Position numbers and translations under genes: made by a program | Part shown: piece after piece, positions 1 through 8,082 of the stretch | Numbering within the stretch: position 1 is the stretch's first letter | Layout: each line of letters opens with the position of its first letter | DNA from: a virus | Taxonomy: Duplodnaviria; Caudoviricetes | Virus record (IMG/VR): IMGVR_UViG_3300011443_000032 | Location: 1-38,553 of that record | Strand: one strand, 5' to 3' | DNA length: 38,553 nt | The notes under the pieces: model-generated | The model's input: only the letters and a program-made list of their open reading frames with translations | Databases searched by the model: none | Told to the model about the DNA's origin: nothing

Positions 1-10
1 GGAGCAAAAA

Positions 11-172
11 ATGCCTGAAAAGATTATTTCTTCTTGTGGTTGCGTCTTCTGTGACTTAGGCTACGCTCAAGTAGTTTTTCTTGGTGTCAAGAAGCATAAA
101 ATCATGAGAGACAATAAAGTTCTCTATGTTGCATGTAGGCGAAATACAGGAGTAAAAAATGCCGAGTCTTAG
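11..172 (+). CDS. small hypothetical protein (53 aa, CxCxxC motif)
   Basis: Read manually. GGAG at 1-4, ATG at 11, MPEKIISSCGCVFCDLG..., TAG at 170-172 overlapping the next gene. Not in the supplied ORF track. Confidence 0.45.
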   Translation: MPEKIISSCGCVFCDLGYAQVVFLGVKKHKIMRDNKVLYVACRRNTGVKNAES

Positions 173-968
173 TCAACACGTCAGCACAACCACCACCAAG
201 CTCTTAATGATAGGGGATTCAGGTGCAGGTAAAACGTCTGCTCTTGCGTCACTGGTCGAGGCGGGGTATAAGCTTCGCATATTGGACTTTGATAACGGAC
301 TCGACTCCCTTGTCGCCCAAGTCCGACGACGCTGCCCCGACAAGGCCGATAACGTCTCCTTCGAAACTCTCCGTGATAAATACAGAGGATCAGGAGCCGG
401 TGTCGTGCTTGACGGAGCACCTCGAGCCTTCATCACCGCCATGCAGTTGTTAGACAAGTGGGGCGAACTCGGTCGACCAGCTGATTGGTCCCCTGATACA
501 GTCGTCGTGATCGACTCGCTCACGTTCTTGTCTCAGGCCGCGTTCAACCACGCCAACGCCTTGAACCCAACAGCCAAGGACAAGCGAGCAATCTTCTACT
601 CCGCTCAAGAGGCGATTGAACACACACTCGCGATGTTGACTTCGGAGTCGTTCAAGCCAAACGTAATCGTGATCGCCCATATGACTTTCCTCAATCGGCC
701 TGACGGCACGACTAAGGGCTTCCCCGTTGCAGTAGGGCAGGCCTTGTCCCCCAAGATCGCGCCTTATTTCAACTCGGTCGCTCTGGTCGAGTCGTCAGGC
801 TCCGGACAGTCCATCAAGCGCGTAATGCGGACTGTCTCCACCCCCTTGATTGATCTCAAGAACCCGGCCTCGTTCGAGTTGGCCGAGTCCCTGCCGATCG
901 ATCAAGCCTTGGTCACGTTCTTCCGAACTGTCCAAGGTTCGTCCAACGTAGTGAAACTCGCAAAGTAG
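159..968 (+). CDS. AAA_24-family P-loop ATPase, Sak4-like recombination protein
   Basis: Walker A GDSGAGKT, Walker B VVVIDS, ILDFDNG and VIAH motifs, AGGAG RBS. Followed by an SSB-like gene, as is usual for Sak4. Confidence 0.75.
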   Translation: MPSLSQHVSTTTTKLLMIGDSGAGKTSALASLVEAGYKLRILDFDNGLDSLVAQVRRRCPDKADNVSFETLRDKYRGSGAGVVLDGAPRAFITAMQLLDKWGELGRPADWSPDTVVVIDSLTFLSQAAFNHANALNPTAKDKRAIFYSAQEAIEHTLAMLTSESFKPNVIVIAHMTFLNRPDGTTKGFPVAVGQALSPKIAPYFNSVALVESSGSGQSIKRVMRTVSTPLIDLKNPASFELAESLPIDQALVTFFRTVQGSSNVVKLAK

Positions 969-977
969 GAACATCAA

Positions 978-1409
978 ATGACAGACTTTCAAGACATCCT
1001 GAACAAGCCTCTCACAGACATCGATCGTCCGAAGCCCTATCCAGTCGGCACCTACACTGCCCTCGTTGAGGGACTCCCGAAGTTCGAGAAGGTCGGAGAG
1101 AATCAGACGAACTGCGTCGATTTCACTCTCCGCTTCCTCAGCGCGGGAGAGGACGTTGATCAGGCCGCCCTTCAAGAGGCTGGTGGGATCAACGGCAAGA
1201 CGATCCGTCATCGAGTCTTCTTGACTGAGGACTCGGCGTGGCGGGCGAAGAAGTTCTTGGCTGATGACCTCGGGATTGAGGGTGCCACGAACCTCACTCA
1301 GCTCATCAACCAGGCTCCGGGCCGTCAGTGCCTCATCACAATTCGTCACCGCCCTGCAAAGGACGGGTCTGTTGTGTACAGTGAGATCGCCCAAACGGCG
1401 AAGCTCTAG
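978..1409 (+). CDS. DUF669-like putative single-stranded DNA-binding protein
   Basis: 143 aa, PxGxY motif (PVGTYTALV), beta-rich OB-like pattern, directly after the AAA_24 ATPase. Confidence 0.6.
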   Translation: MTDFQDILNKPLTDIDRPKPYPVGTYTALVEGLPKFEKVGENQTNCVDFTLRFLSAGEDVDQAALQEAGGINGKTIRHRVFLTEDSAWRAKKFLADDLGIEGATNLTQLINQAPGRQCLITIRHRPAKDGSVVYSEIAQTAKL

Positions 1410-1417
1410 TTGAGTCC

Positions 1418-1492
1418 GGGGGCTGACACAGGTTACGCATTGTCAGCCCCCACCTAATTGCCCACTGGACAGGTGGCCTAATAACAGTCCAG
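1418..1492 (+). ncRNA. candidate structured RNA: 11-bp hairpin followed by an H-type pseudoknot
   Basis: GGGGGCTGACA 1418-1428 pairs with TGTCAGCCCCC 1441-1451. CCACCT 1450-1455 pairs with AGGTGG 1471-1476. CTGGAC 1465-1470 pairs with GTCCAG 1487-1492. Confidence 0.4.
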
Positions 1493-1493
1493 A

Positions 1494-1538
1494 GCCTGTG
1501 GCTGAACAGCGACTCCTCGGCGCGACAGGCATTTTTTT
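1494..1538 (+). terminator. putative intrinsic terminator upstream of the ParB-methyltransferase RBS
   Basis: GCCTGT 1494-1499 pairs with ACAGGC 1525-1530, with inner GCTGA/TCGGC pairing, followed by A and seven T (1532-1538). Confidence 0.55.
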
Positions 1539-1552
1539 CATGGGAGGAAGAA

Positions 1553-2803
1553 ATGACTTCATCACAGTTCCAATCCGTAGCTGTCGCCAAAATTGTCTCG
1601 AACCGAGACGAGCGCCAGCGAAGTGAACTCGAGGACATCGACGTTCTCGCGGACTCGATCAGGCGTCTCGGCTTGATCCATCCGCTCGTTGTGACTCGAG
1701 ACTTCACCCTTGTATCAGGCGAGCGCAGGCTAACAGCCGTCCAAAGCCTCGGCTGGAGCCACGTCACCGTCCAGTATCAAGATGAGTGCGAACCGGAGTT
1801 GTTACATGCAATCGAACTCGAGGAAAACGTCAAGCGTAAGGAACTTCCTTGGCAGGATGAGTGCAAAGCGGTTCAAGAGTATCATCAACTACGCTCGTCG
1901 CAGGAGCCGAAGTGGTCTATGGAACAGACGGCCGAGGCACTTGGTCTTACTCAGCCGGAAGCTTCGGCGCGGATAACTGTCGCCAAGGAACTCGCCAATC
2001 CCAAGTCAATGGTTCATGCTGCGCCTCGATACACAACAGCGGTGAACATCACCCGACGAGTGAGTGAGCGAAAGGCGGCTGCGGAGCTAGATAAGATACT
2101 CGATTACGTCGAGCCCGATCGAGCCCGAGATACAATCATCAACACCAGCTTTCTAAAGTGGGCTCCCGAGTACACCGGCCCACTGTTCAACTTTCTCCAT
2201 TGTGACTTTCCATACGGCATCGACGCTCACAAGTTCGGCAGCGCCTTTGTCGGAGGCCGGGTCCACGGAGACTATCAAGACACCAAAGAGAACTATGTCG
2301 AGCTAATCAAATGTCTCCTCGATAACATCGACAAGATCATGAGTGATCAAGGCCATATGATCTTTTGGTTCTCGATGCATCACTACGCTGAGACGCTCGC
2401 TTTGCTTTCGTCAGAGTTTTGGGTCGATCCGTTCCCGCTGATCTGGCACAAGTCCGACAACGCTGGAAACGCCCCTCGTCCACAGCATCAAGCCCGTCGC
2501 ATATACGAAACCGCCTTCTTCTGCTCTCGAGGCGATCATCCAATCGTAAAGATCGTCTCGAACCACTTCTCCGCATCCACCGTCTCAGATCGCCACATGA
2601 GTGAGAAGCCCGTGACCATGCTCACTCATTTCTTCAGGATGCTCGTCGATGGCCACACCTCGATGCTCGATCCTACAGCCGGATCGGGTTCTGCGTTGCG
2701 TGCTGCAAAACGGCTGGGAGCTGCCCGTATCGTCGGGCTTGAGATTGACCCACAATTCGCACTCGAAGCAAACAAAGCCCTAACAGAGGATTCAGTAGAA
2801 TGA
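1553..2803 (+). CDS. ParB/Srx N-terminal domain fused to an N6A/N4C DNA methyltransferase (beta-type motif order)
   Basis: N-terminal GLIHPL..LVSGERRLTA..EENVKR plus an HTH-like segment. C-terminal motif IV variant DFPY (2204-2215), HMSEKP, motif I LDPTAGSGS, GLEID. GGGAGG RBS. Confidence 0.85.
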   Translation: MTSSQFQSVAVAKIVSNRDERQRSELEDIDVLADSIRRLGLIHPLVVTRDFTLVSGERRLTAVQSLGWSHVTVQYQDECEPELLHAIELEENVKRKELPWQDECKAVQEYHQLRSSQEPKWSMEQTAEALGLTQPEASARITVAKELANPKSMVHAAPRYTTAVNITRRVSERKAAAELDKILDYVEPDRARDTIINTSFLKWAPEYTGPLFNFLHCDFPYGIDAHKFGSAFVGGRVHGDYQDTKENYVELIKCLLDNIDKIMSDQGHMIFWFSMHHYAETLALLSSEFWVDPFPLIWHKSDNAGNAPRPQHQARRIYETAFFCSRGDHPIVKIVSNHFSASTVSDRHMSEKPVTMLTHFFRMLVDGHTSMLDPTAGSGSALRAAKRLGAARIVGLEIDPQFALEANKALTEDSVE

Positions 2804-3153
2804 ACGCAAAGGACTACTACGGCCAGAAAATCACAGCAGCTGAGATCAATTATGAGCGTCTGCGGCTTGATTTGAGCGGCGGCAAAACCATCGACCTCTG
2901 GGACGACTATCAGCAATGCTGCGAACATCGGCACATGACAACTGACGATGAAGTGCAATCGCTGGTCGGCCACACACTGACTCGGATAGAGGTGAAGCGT
3001 GGCCCAGACATGATTACGAGCGAGTTCGGCTGCCACGAACAGGCCTTCGTCGAAGTCGGTACGGATCGAGGCTTCATCACTATAGTCAATCACAACGAGC
3101 ACAACGGCTACTACGGCGGGTTCGGCCTGACTATCACAGAGAGGAACAAATGA
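2800..3153 (+). CDS. conserved-looking phage hypothetical protein (QxCCE...HNGYY)
   Basis: 117 aa, ATGA-coupled to the upstream gene, QQCCE and NEHNGYYGG motifs. Confidence 0.7.
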   Translation: MNAKDYYGQKITAAEINYERLRLDLSGGKTIDLWDDYQQCCEHRHMTTDDEVQSLVGHTLTRIEVKRGPDMITSEFGCHEQAFVEVGTDRGFITIVNHNEHNGYYGGFGLTITERNK

Positions 3154-3325
3154 AATATATAACAGCAGATGGTGGTGTGTGGAAAGTTCCTGAGATCGAG
3201 TTTAAGCAGGTTCAAAGAGAAATCAAAAAGCATGGTGAAGTTGACCTGAATAGGTTCGGAAAACTCATTACAACCGACTTGATACTTCTCAGTGATCTCA
3301 TTGAGACAGAGAGGAACAAATGAAA
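3136..3325 (+). repeat. 20-bp perfect direct repeat ACAGAGAGGAACAAATGAAA (3136-3155 and 3306-3325)
   Basis: Two identical copies 170 bp apart, each containing an RBS and an ATGA start/stop overlap. Confidence 0.9.
3150..3323 (+). CDS. small hypothetical protein (57 aa) between the direct repeats
   Basis: Read manually: MKYITADGGVWKVPEIEF...IETERNK. GAGGA RBS and ATGA coupling at both ends. Confidence 0.65.
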   Translation: MKYITADGGVWKVPEIEFKQVQREIKKHGEVDLNRFGKLITTDLILLSDLIETERNK

Positions 3326-3742
3326 CTTTACTTCGCATCAGACATCAGACACGCTCGAAAGTGGATTGACTACAGAAACAAGCTGTATCCAAACATCACT
3401 GTCGTCTCATCATGGATCGACCTTATGAAAGATGGAGAGATTGTGAACCCGAAAGAGGGCCTCGTCAAAGAGTCTTGGGAAAACAATATCAAGGACGTAT
3501 TACTTTGTGATGTTCTCGTTCTTTATGCAGAGCCCGGTGACTCTATGAGGGGCTCCTGCTTCGAGGCCGGTGTCGCCTTCACCCTGCGGAAGTCTATCGT
3601 CTACGTCGGTGATCTCAAGACGATCGGAACTGTCGAGTGTTGTTTCCATGCTTCGTTCCGTGACCTCGATCACTGCCTCGAGACGCTGAAGATCGAGATG
3701 TGGATGAAGAAAGGCGCAACTGTAGAACCGACGAGGAACTGA
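3320..3742 (+). CDS. nucleoside 2-deoxyribosyltransferase / nucleotide N-glycosidase-like protein
   Basis: KLYFAS start, DVLLCDVLV, and GSCFEAGVA (GxxxExGxA with catalytic Glu) typical of the NDT/Rcl/MilB fold. Confidence 0.7.
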   Translation: MKLYFASDIRHARKWIDYRNKLYPNITVVSSWIDLMKDGEIVNPKEGLVKESWENNIKDVLLCDVLVLYAEPGDSMRGSCFEAGVAFTLRKSIVYVGDLKTIGTVECCFHASFRDLDHCLETLKIEMWMKKGATVEPTRN

Positions 3743-3933
3743 TGAAACCTCCTGCACAATTCGACGAGGCCGCGATGCAGCGTATCGCTGATCGCACACG
3801 CGAGTTGATGAAACAGCGTGGTGATCTCGATGTAGAGTGGTGGTTGCTCAATAACGCACATCAAGTAGCACTGTTAGCACACTGCACATGGCTGGCCACA
3901 CGAGAAGAAATGGAAAGAAATGAGATACGGTGA
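3742..3933 (+). CDS. hypothetical protein (about 63 aa)
   Basis: In-frame ATG at 3742 (TGATG overlap, GAGGA RBS) within track ORF 3700..3933. Fills the operon gap. Confidence 0.55.
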   Translation: MKPPAQFDEAAMQRIADRTRELMKQRGDLDVEWWLLNNAHQVALLAHCTWLATREEMERNEIR

Positions 3934-4945
3934 AATCTTCATCCTCGGTGAGGCGTGGGGCGAGCACGAGGCTCGTGAGCGTGCCCCCTTCGTTGGGCCA
4001 AGCGGCTACGAACTAACTCGTATGCTCGACGAGGCCGGTATCCGCCGCCGAGATTGTTACCTCTCGAACGTCTTCAACCTCAGACCGGAGAACAACAATG
4101 TCGAAGCACTTTGCGGGAGTCCTAGCATCCCAGACCGTGGGCCAATCTCCAAAGGGAAGTTCGTCCAAGCCAAATATGGCTCTGAACTTGATCGTCTCGT
4201 GTCCGAGTTGCGGAGCCTGCAACCAAATCTCGTTCTGGCCCTCGGAAACACTGCCACGTGGTTCCTATCAGGCACAACCGGCATCACCAAATCAAGAGGA
4301 GTTACTCAGGAGGCATCCTTATTTAAGCGAAAAGACGGAAAGCCCCAAAAATTCCTTGCCACCTTCCACCCAGCCGCTGTCCTCCGCCAGTGGGAACTCC
4401 GACCAACAGTCGTCGCCGACTTCATCAAGGCCAAACGTGAGTCCGCCTTTCCCGAAGTCCGTCGACCAAAACGAGAAGTCTGGGTCGTCGAGTCCATTGC
4501 CGATATCCGACTCGCCTATGAGACCTACCTCGTCCGAGCCAAAGAAATAGCTTTCGACATCGAGACGGCCGGAGGCCAAATCACCTGCATTGGTTTCGCC
4601 CCGAGTGAGAAGTTCGCTGTCGTTATTCCCTTCGTTGACTATCGCAAAGATGGGTGGAGCTATTGGAAGCCAGATGATGAACTCTTAGCTTGGGTGTACG
4701 TTCGAGGCATCCTAAAGCTCCCCGCAGCCAAAACCGCTCACAACGGTATCTTCGACATTCATTACCTCTGGAGAAAGATGGGCATAGTCCCACATAACTA
4801 CACAACCGACACGATGCTCGTTCACCATGCACTCCAGCCGGAGTCGAAGAAGGGTCTTGGTTTTCTCGGGAGTGTTTACACGAATGAAGCGTCATGGAAA
4901 CTGATGAGACAAAGCGAGAAGATTCAGGAGCGGAGGGAGAAATGA
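3920..4945 (+). CDS. uracil-DNA glycosylase (family 4-like) domain fused to the N-terminal part of a DnaQ-like 3'-5' exonuclease
   Basis: GEAWG..E..PFVGPSG, YLSNV and TFHPAAVLR (UDG). Then ExoI FDIET, ExoII HNGIFD and DTM. No ExoIII YxxxD motif before the stop. Confidence 0.85.
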   Translation: MRYGEIFILGEAWGEHEARERAPFVGPSGYELTRMLDEAGIRRRDCYLSNVFNLRPENNNVEALCGSPSIPDRGPISKGKFVQAKYGSELDRLVSELRSLQPNLVLALGNTATWFLSGTTGITKSRGVTQEASLFKRKDGKPQKFLATFHPAAVLRQWELRPTVVADFIKAKRESAFPEVRRPKREVWVVESIADIRLAYETYLVRAKEIAFDIETAGGQITCIGFAPSEKFAVVIPFVDYRKDGWSYWKPDDELLAWVYVRGILKLPAAKTAHNGIFDIHYLWRKMGIVPHNYTTDTMLVHHALQPESKKGLGFLGSVYTNEASWKLMRQSEKIQERREK

Positions 4946-5220
4946 ACTACTTAATCCTTCACCTCGTTCGAGGAGAACCAACCTATGATATTGCTGAAGA
5001 AGCGGAAGGGACTGAGGGCGATCCTGGACCTTGGTTTATTACTACTGGCGGTTGGCGTGCTTATCCTTATTGGGTTTGCGAGCTTCCGATACTTTTGAAA
5101 GGTTTGGTAGTGCCGCCTCCTAAAGCTCCAGAGGGTTGGCGTGACTTCATCGAGATTAAACAAGCGCCAGTTAAGCGGAAACTCGAGTCAATCAACTTAG
5201 AGGAGCTTGGACTTCTATGA
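4942..5220 (+). CDS. hypothetical protein
   Basis: Likely start ATG 4942 (GGAGGGAG RBS, ATGA overlap) within track ORF 4894..5220. Confidence 0.65.
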   Translation: MNYLILHLVRGEPTYDIAEEAEGTEGDPGPWFITTGGWRAYPYWVCELPILLKGLVVPPPKAPEGWRDFIEIKQAPVKRKLESINLEELGLL

Positions 5221-5471
5221 AGTTCAAACGTCGTCAGGCCGTAGTCGAGGCTTTTCAGTTCGGCCACGATCCGGAGCCACCTTGGTTCAAGCAGGCGATC
5301 GAGTGGGATTGGGCAGTCATGTATCCAAATTCCGTCTGCTTACGAACCACTTACCGCTCTGTCCAGACTGTGTTTAAGGGCGACTGGATCGTTCTTGGCT
5401 ACGACAACATTCCTTATGGAGTTCGTAAGAATGAGTTTGACCGGCTTTACGTTCCGCTGGAGGAAACATGA
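5217..5471 (+). CDS. small conserved-looking phage protein (VVEAxQ...GDWI...Y...F..Y pattern)
   Basis: 84 aa, GAGGAG RBS, ATGA-coupled on both sides. Confidence 0.7.
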   Translation: MKFKRRQAVVEAFQFGHDPEPPWFKQAIEWDWAVMYPNSVCLRTTYRSVQTVFKGDWIVLGYDNIPYGVRKNEFDRLYVPLEET

Positions 5472-6925
5472 AAGTCTACCAGACCGAACACATAAGCCCT
5501 CATATGGGGGAGATGGAAAAGCAATGGGTCTACAATGGACTCGATTGCTGCGTCACGCACGAGATAAGCGGAGTGCTTCGAGAACAACTCGACGACGTGA
5601 CTCGTGAAACCTATAACCTCCGCTTTGCTCTCCAAGCGCCTGTGTTGGAGATGAACCTCCGTGGAGTCTTGATCGACCTCACCGAGCGCGATCGTCTCAT
5701 CAAGGACTACGAAGAGCGGACCCGCCGCTTCACCCGCCAGCTCGACCGCATCCTCATCGAGGGGATTGGCACAACGTGCAAGTGGTCCTCCCCGAAACAG
5801 CTGATGGAGCTTTTCTATGGAGTCCTCTGTATTCCCCCTGTCCGCCGACGAGGAGCGAATGGTGAAATGGCTCCGACAGTCAATCGAGGAGCACTCGAAA
5901 AGCTTACAAACTATTTCGTCGCCCAGCCAATCATCAGTCATATACTTGCGCTTCGGGAAATCCAGAAAAAGGTCGGGGTACTCAAAACACGTATTGACGC
6001 TGACAATCGTATGCGAACCTCTTTCAACATCGCGGGCACAGAGACTGGAAGATTCAGCTCGTCGATGGCTGATCTTGAGACCGGAACTAACCTTCAGAAC
6101 ATTGAAGAAGGACTCCGACGAATCTTCGTAGCCGATCCCGGCATGAAGTTCGCCAACGTCGATTTGGAGCAGGCCGAAAGCCGAGTCGTGGGCGCGATCT
6201 GTTGGAACTTGTTCGGCGACGGAGCGTATCTCGATGCGTGCGAGTCTGGTGACCTCCATACAGAAGTTGCTAAAGGTATTATGCCGCGTCTCGGGTGGAC
6301 AGGTGACCCACACGGAGATCGGGTACTTGCCGAGCGGCCACATTATCGTCAACACTCGTTACGCTACATGGCGAAGCGACTCGGCCACGGCTCTAATTAC
6401 ATGGGACAGCCCAGCACTATGGCATTTCACTCTAAAATGCCCGTCCAAGTTATCAAAGATTTCCAAGAAGCGTATTTCAAGAAGTTTGAAGCTATTAAGC
6501 GATGGCACCAGTGGGTCGAAGACGAACTTAGACTCCGAGGAACTCTTACTACTATGCTTGGAATGCGTCGCTGGTTCTTTGGCAGACGCAACGATCAAGG
6601 AACCCTTAGAGAAGCCGTTGCCTACGAGCCTCAATCCGTCTCCGTCGAAATCCTCAATCGAATAATGCTGAACGTGTGGCGCTCGAACCAAGTTCAGCTT
6701 CTTTGTCAAGTTCACGACTCGTTGTTGTTTCAGTATCCGGAAGAAAAAGAGGCCGAAATTCTCCCGGAAGTCCTTAAACTCTTCGAGTACCCCGTTCGCC
6801 TTCGGGGAAACAGGAACCTTGTAATCCCAGCAGAAATTAAGACCGGATGGAACTGGGCTCCGAAATCAACAGACAATCCGCAGGGACTCAGCAAGTGGAA
6901 AAGGGCCGAGGGAGGTCTTGGATAG
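5468..6925 (+). CDS. polA: family A DNA polymerase (ExoIII segment plus polymerase domain)
   Basis: YNGLD (ExoIII), TETGRFSS, NLQNI, motif A DLEQAESR, motif B RYMAKRLGHGSNY, motif C QVHDSL. Confidence 0.92.
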   Translation: MKVYQTEHISPHMGEMEKQWVYNGLDCCVTHEISGVLREQLDDVTRETYNLRFALQAPVLEMNLRGVLIDLTERDRLIKDYEERTRRFTRQLDRILIEGIGTTCKWSSPKQLMELFYGVLCIPPVRRRGANGEMAPTVNRGALEKLTNYFVAQPIISHILALREIQKKVGVLKTRIDADNRMRTSFNIAGTETGRFSSSMADLETGTNLQNIEEGLRRIFVADPGMKFANVDLEQAESRVVGAICWNLFGDGAYLDACESGDLHTEVAKGIMPRLGWTGDPHGDRVLAERPHYRQHSLRYMAKRLGHGSNYMGQPSTMAFHSKMPVQVIKDFQEAYFKKFEAIKRWHQWVEDELRLRGTLTTMLGMRRWFFGRRNDQGTLREAVAYEPQSVSVEILNRIMLNVWRSNQVQLLCQVHDSLLFQYPEEKEAEILPEVLKLFEYPVRLRGNRNLVIPAEIKTGWNWAPKSTDNPQGLSKWKRAEGGLG

Positions 6926-8082
6926 ACTTATTCGTAGAACAGACGGCCGACACAGCATCGCCTCCAATCTTTAGAAAGTGGGCTGGTATCTCGGCTGTCG
7001 CAGGAGCAATGGAGAGGAAAATATGGGTTGTCTCTAGGGGTACTCCACTCTACCCAAATATCTACGTGATGCTTATCGGCCCACCGGGAGTGGGCAAGTC
7101 AATCATTTTGGCGCGAGTCAATCAGTTGTGGGGCTTCTTGAAGGAGCATCACAAAGGCTCGTCATCTCTAACAAGGGCGTCGTTTATCGACGAACTCGAT
7201 GATGCCAAGCGACATATCCTCTTCACTGATCTCGGCAGCTATAATGCTCTCACCGCCGCTATCTCCGAAATGGGAGTCCTACTTCCAGCTTATGAGCACG
7301 CATTTATGTCAACACTCACTGACATATACGACGGGACTCCCTATAGCGAGAAGCGCCGAACAAAAGAGTTATCAATCACAATTGAAAAGCCCTACTTCAA
7401 CATCATATGTGGCTCTACACCATCTTACCTGGGAAAATTCATGCCCGAAGGAGCTTGGGATCAGGGTTTCATATCTCGAAATATTATGGTATACAGTGGC
7501 GTTTCCGAACCTCGCAACCCTTTCGAATCCCCAGCTAAGGTTGATCTCACTGGACTAATCAAAGACCTTCAACTCATAGGCGAGCGCCGTGGTGAGCTAA
7601 CCTTCTCAGAAGAGGCTTCCTCCGCCTTGGTATACTGGGTCTTGGCTGGTGGTCCCCCCGCTCCCGACCATCCCCGTCTCGCCTCCTACAACCCCAGACG
7701 GACTGCCCACCTTCTTAAGTTGTGTATGATATGCGCGGTAGCCTGGGGTGCTTCGCAGACGATAGAAATTGAGCATTACCAAATTGCGCTCGACTGGCTT
7801 CTCGAGGCTGAGGCCCTGATGCCTGACATCTTCCGTGCTATGATTAAAGGGGGAGATGCCCAAGCTCTTGAAGACTGCTGGCACTTTATTTGGAAGATGG
7901 CGGGTAAGGGAAATGGGCTTGTGATGGAGTCCATTGTTGCGCTGTTCCTGTCGGAACGAGTCCCCGCGCACAACGTCGAGCGGATGATGCAATTGATGGT
8001 CAGGACTGGTCATTGTGAGCACCTCTTAACACCTTCAGGACACCGAGCATTCAAGCCTCTACCAAAGCCGAAGTCTTTCTAA
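6847..8082 (+). CDS. DUF3987-like P-loop ATPase / putative helicase (true start may be GTG 6895)
   Basis: LYPNIYVMLIGPPGVGKS (Walker A), LTDIYD, GFISR (Arg-finger-like). Last gene of the replication operon. Confidence 0.65.
   Translation: MELGSEINRQSAGTQQVEKGRGRSWIDLFVEQTADTASPPIFRKWAGISAVAGAMERKIWVVSRGTPLYPNIYVMLIGPPGVGKSIILARVNQLWGFLKEHHKGSSSLTRASFIDELDDAKRHILFTDLGSYNALTAAISEMGVLLPAYEHAFMSTLTDIYDGTPYSEKRRTKELSITIEKPYFNIICGSTPSYLGKFMPEGAWDQGFISRNIMVYSGVSEPRNPFESPAKVDLTGLIKDLQLIGERRGELTFSEEASSALVYWVLAGGPPAPDHPRLASYNPRRTAHLLKLCMICAVAWGASQTIEIEHYQIALDWLLEAEALMPDIFRAMIKGGDAQALEDCWHFIWKMAGKGNGLVMESIVALFLSERVPAHNVERMMQLMVRTGHCEHLLTPSGHRAFKPLPKPKSF

Noticed and set aside
1450-1492. SAM-II/SAM-V riboswitch or self-cleaving ribozyme
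   Set aside because: The topology is similar but the conserved nucleotides (UGAUUU and CUAAA, or hammerhead CUGANGA/GAAA) are missing. Kept only as an unassigned candidate.
1730-1739. CTAACAGCCG, a 10-bp match to the 18-bp start-associated motif
   Set aside because: It lies inside the ParB GxRR coding region with no nearby minus-strand gene, so it is probably chance.
4946-5467. Intron, intein or homing endonuclease interrupting the polymerase
   Set aside because: The interval is filled by two translationally coupled ORFs without HNH, GIY-YIG or LAGLIDADG motifs, and no group I core elements were recognised.
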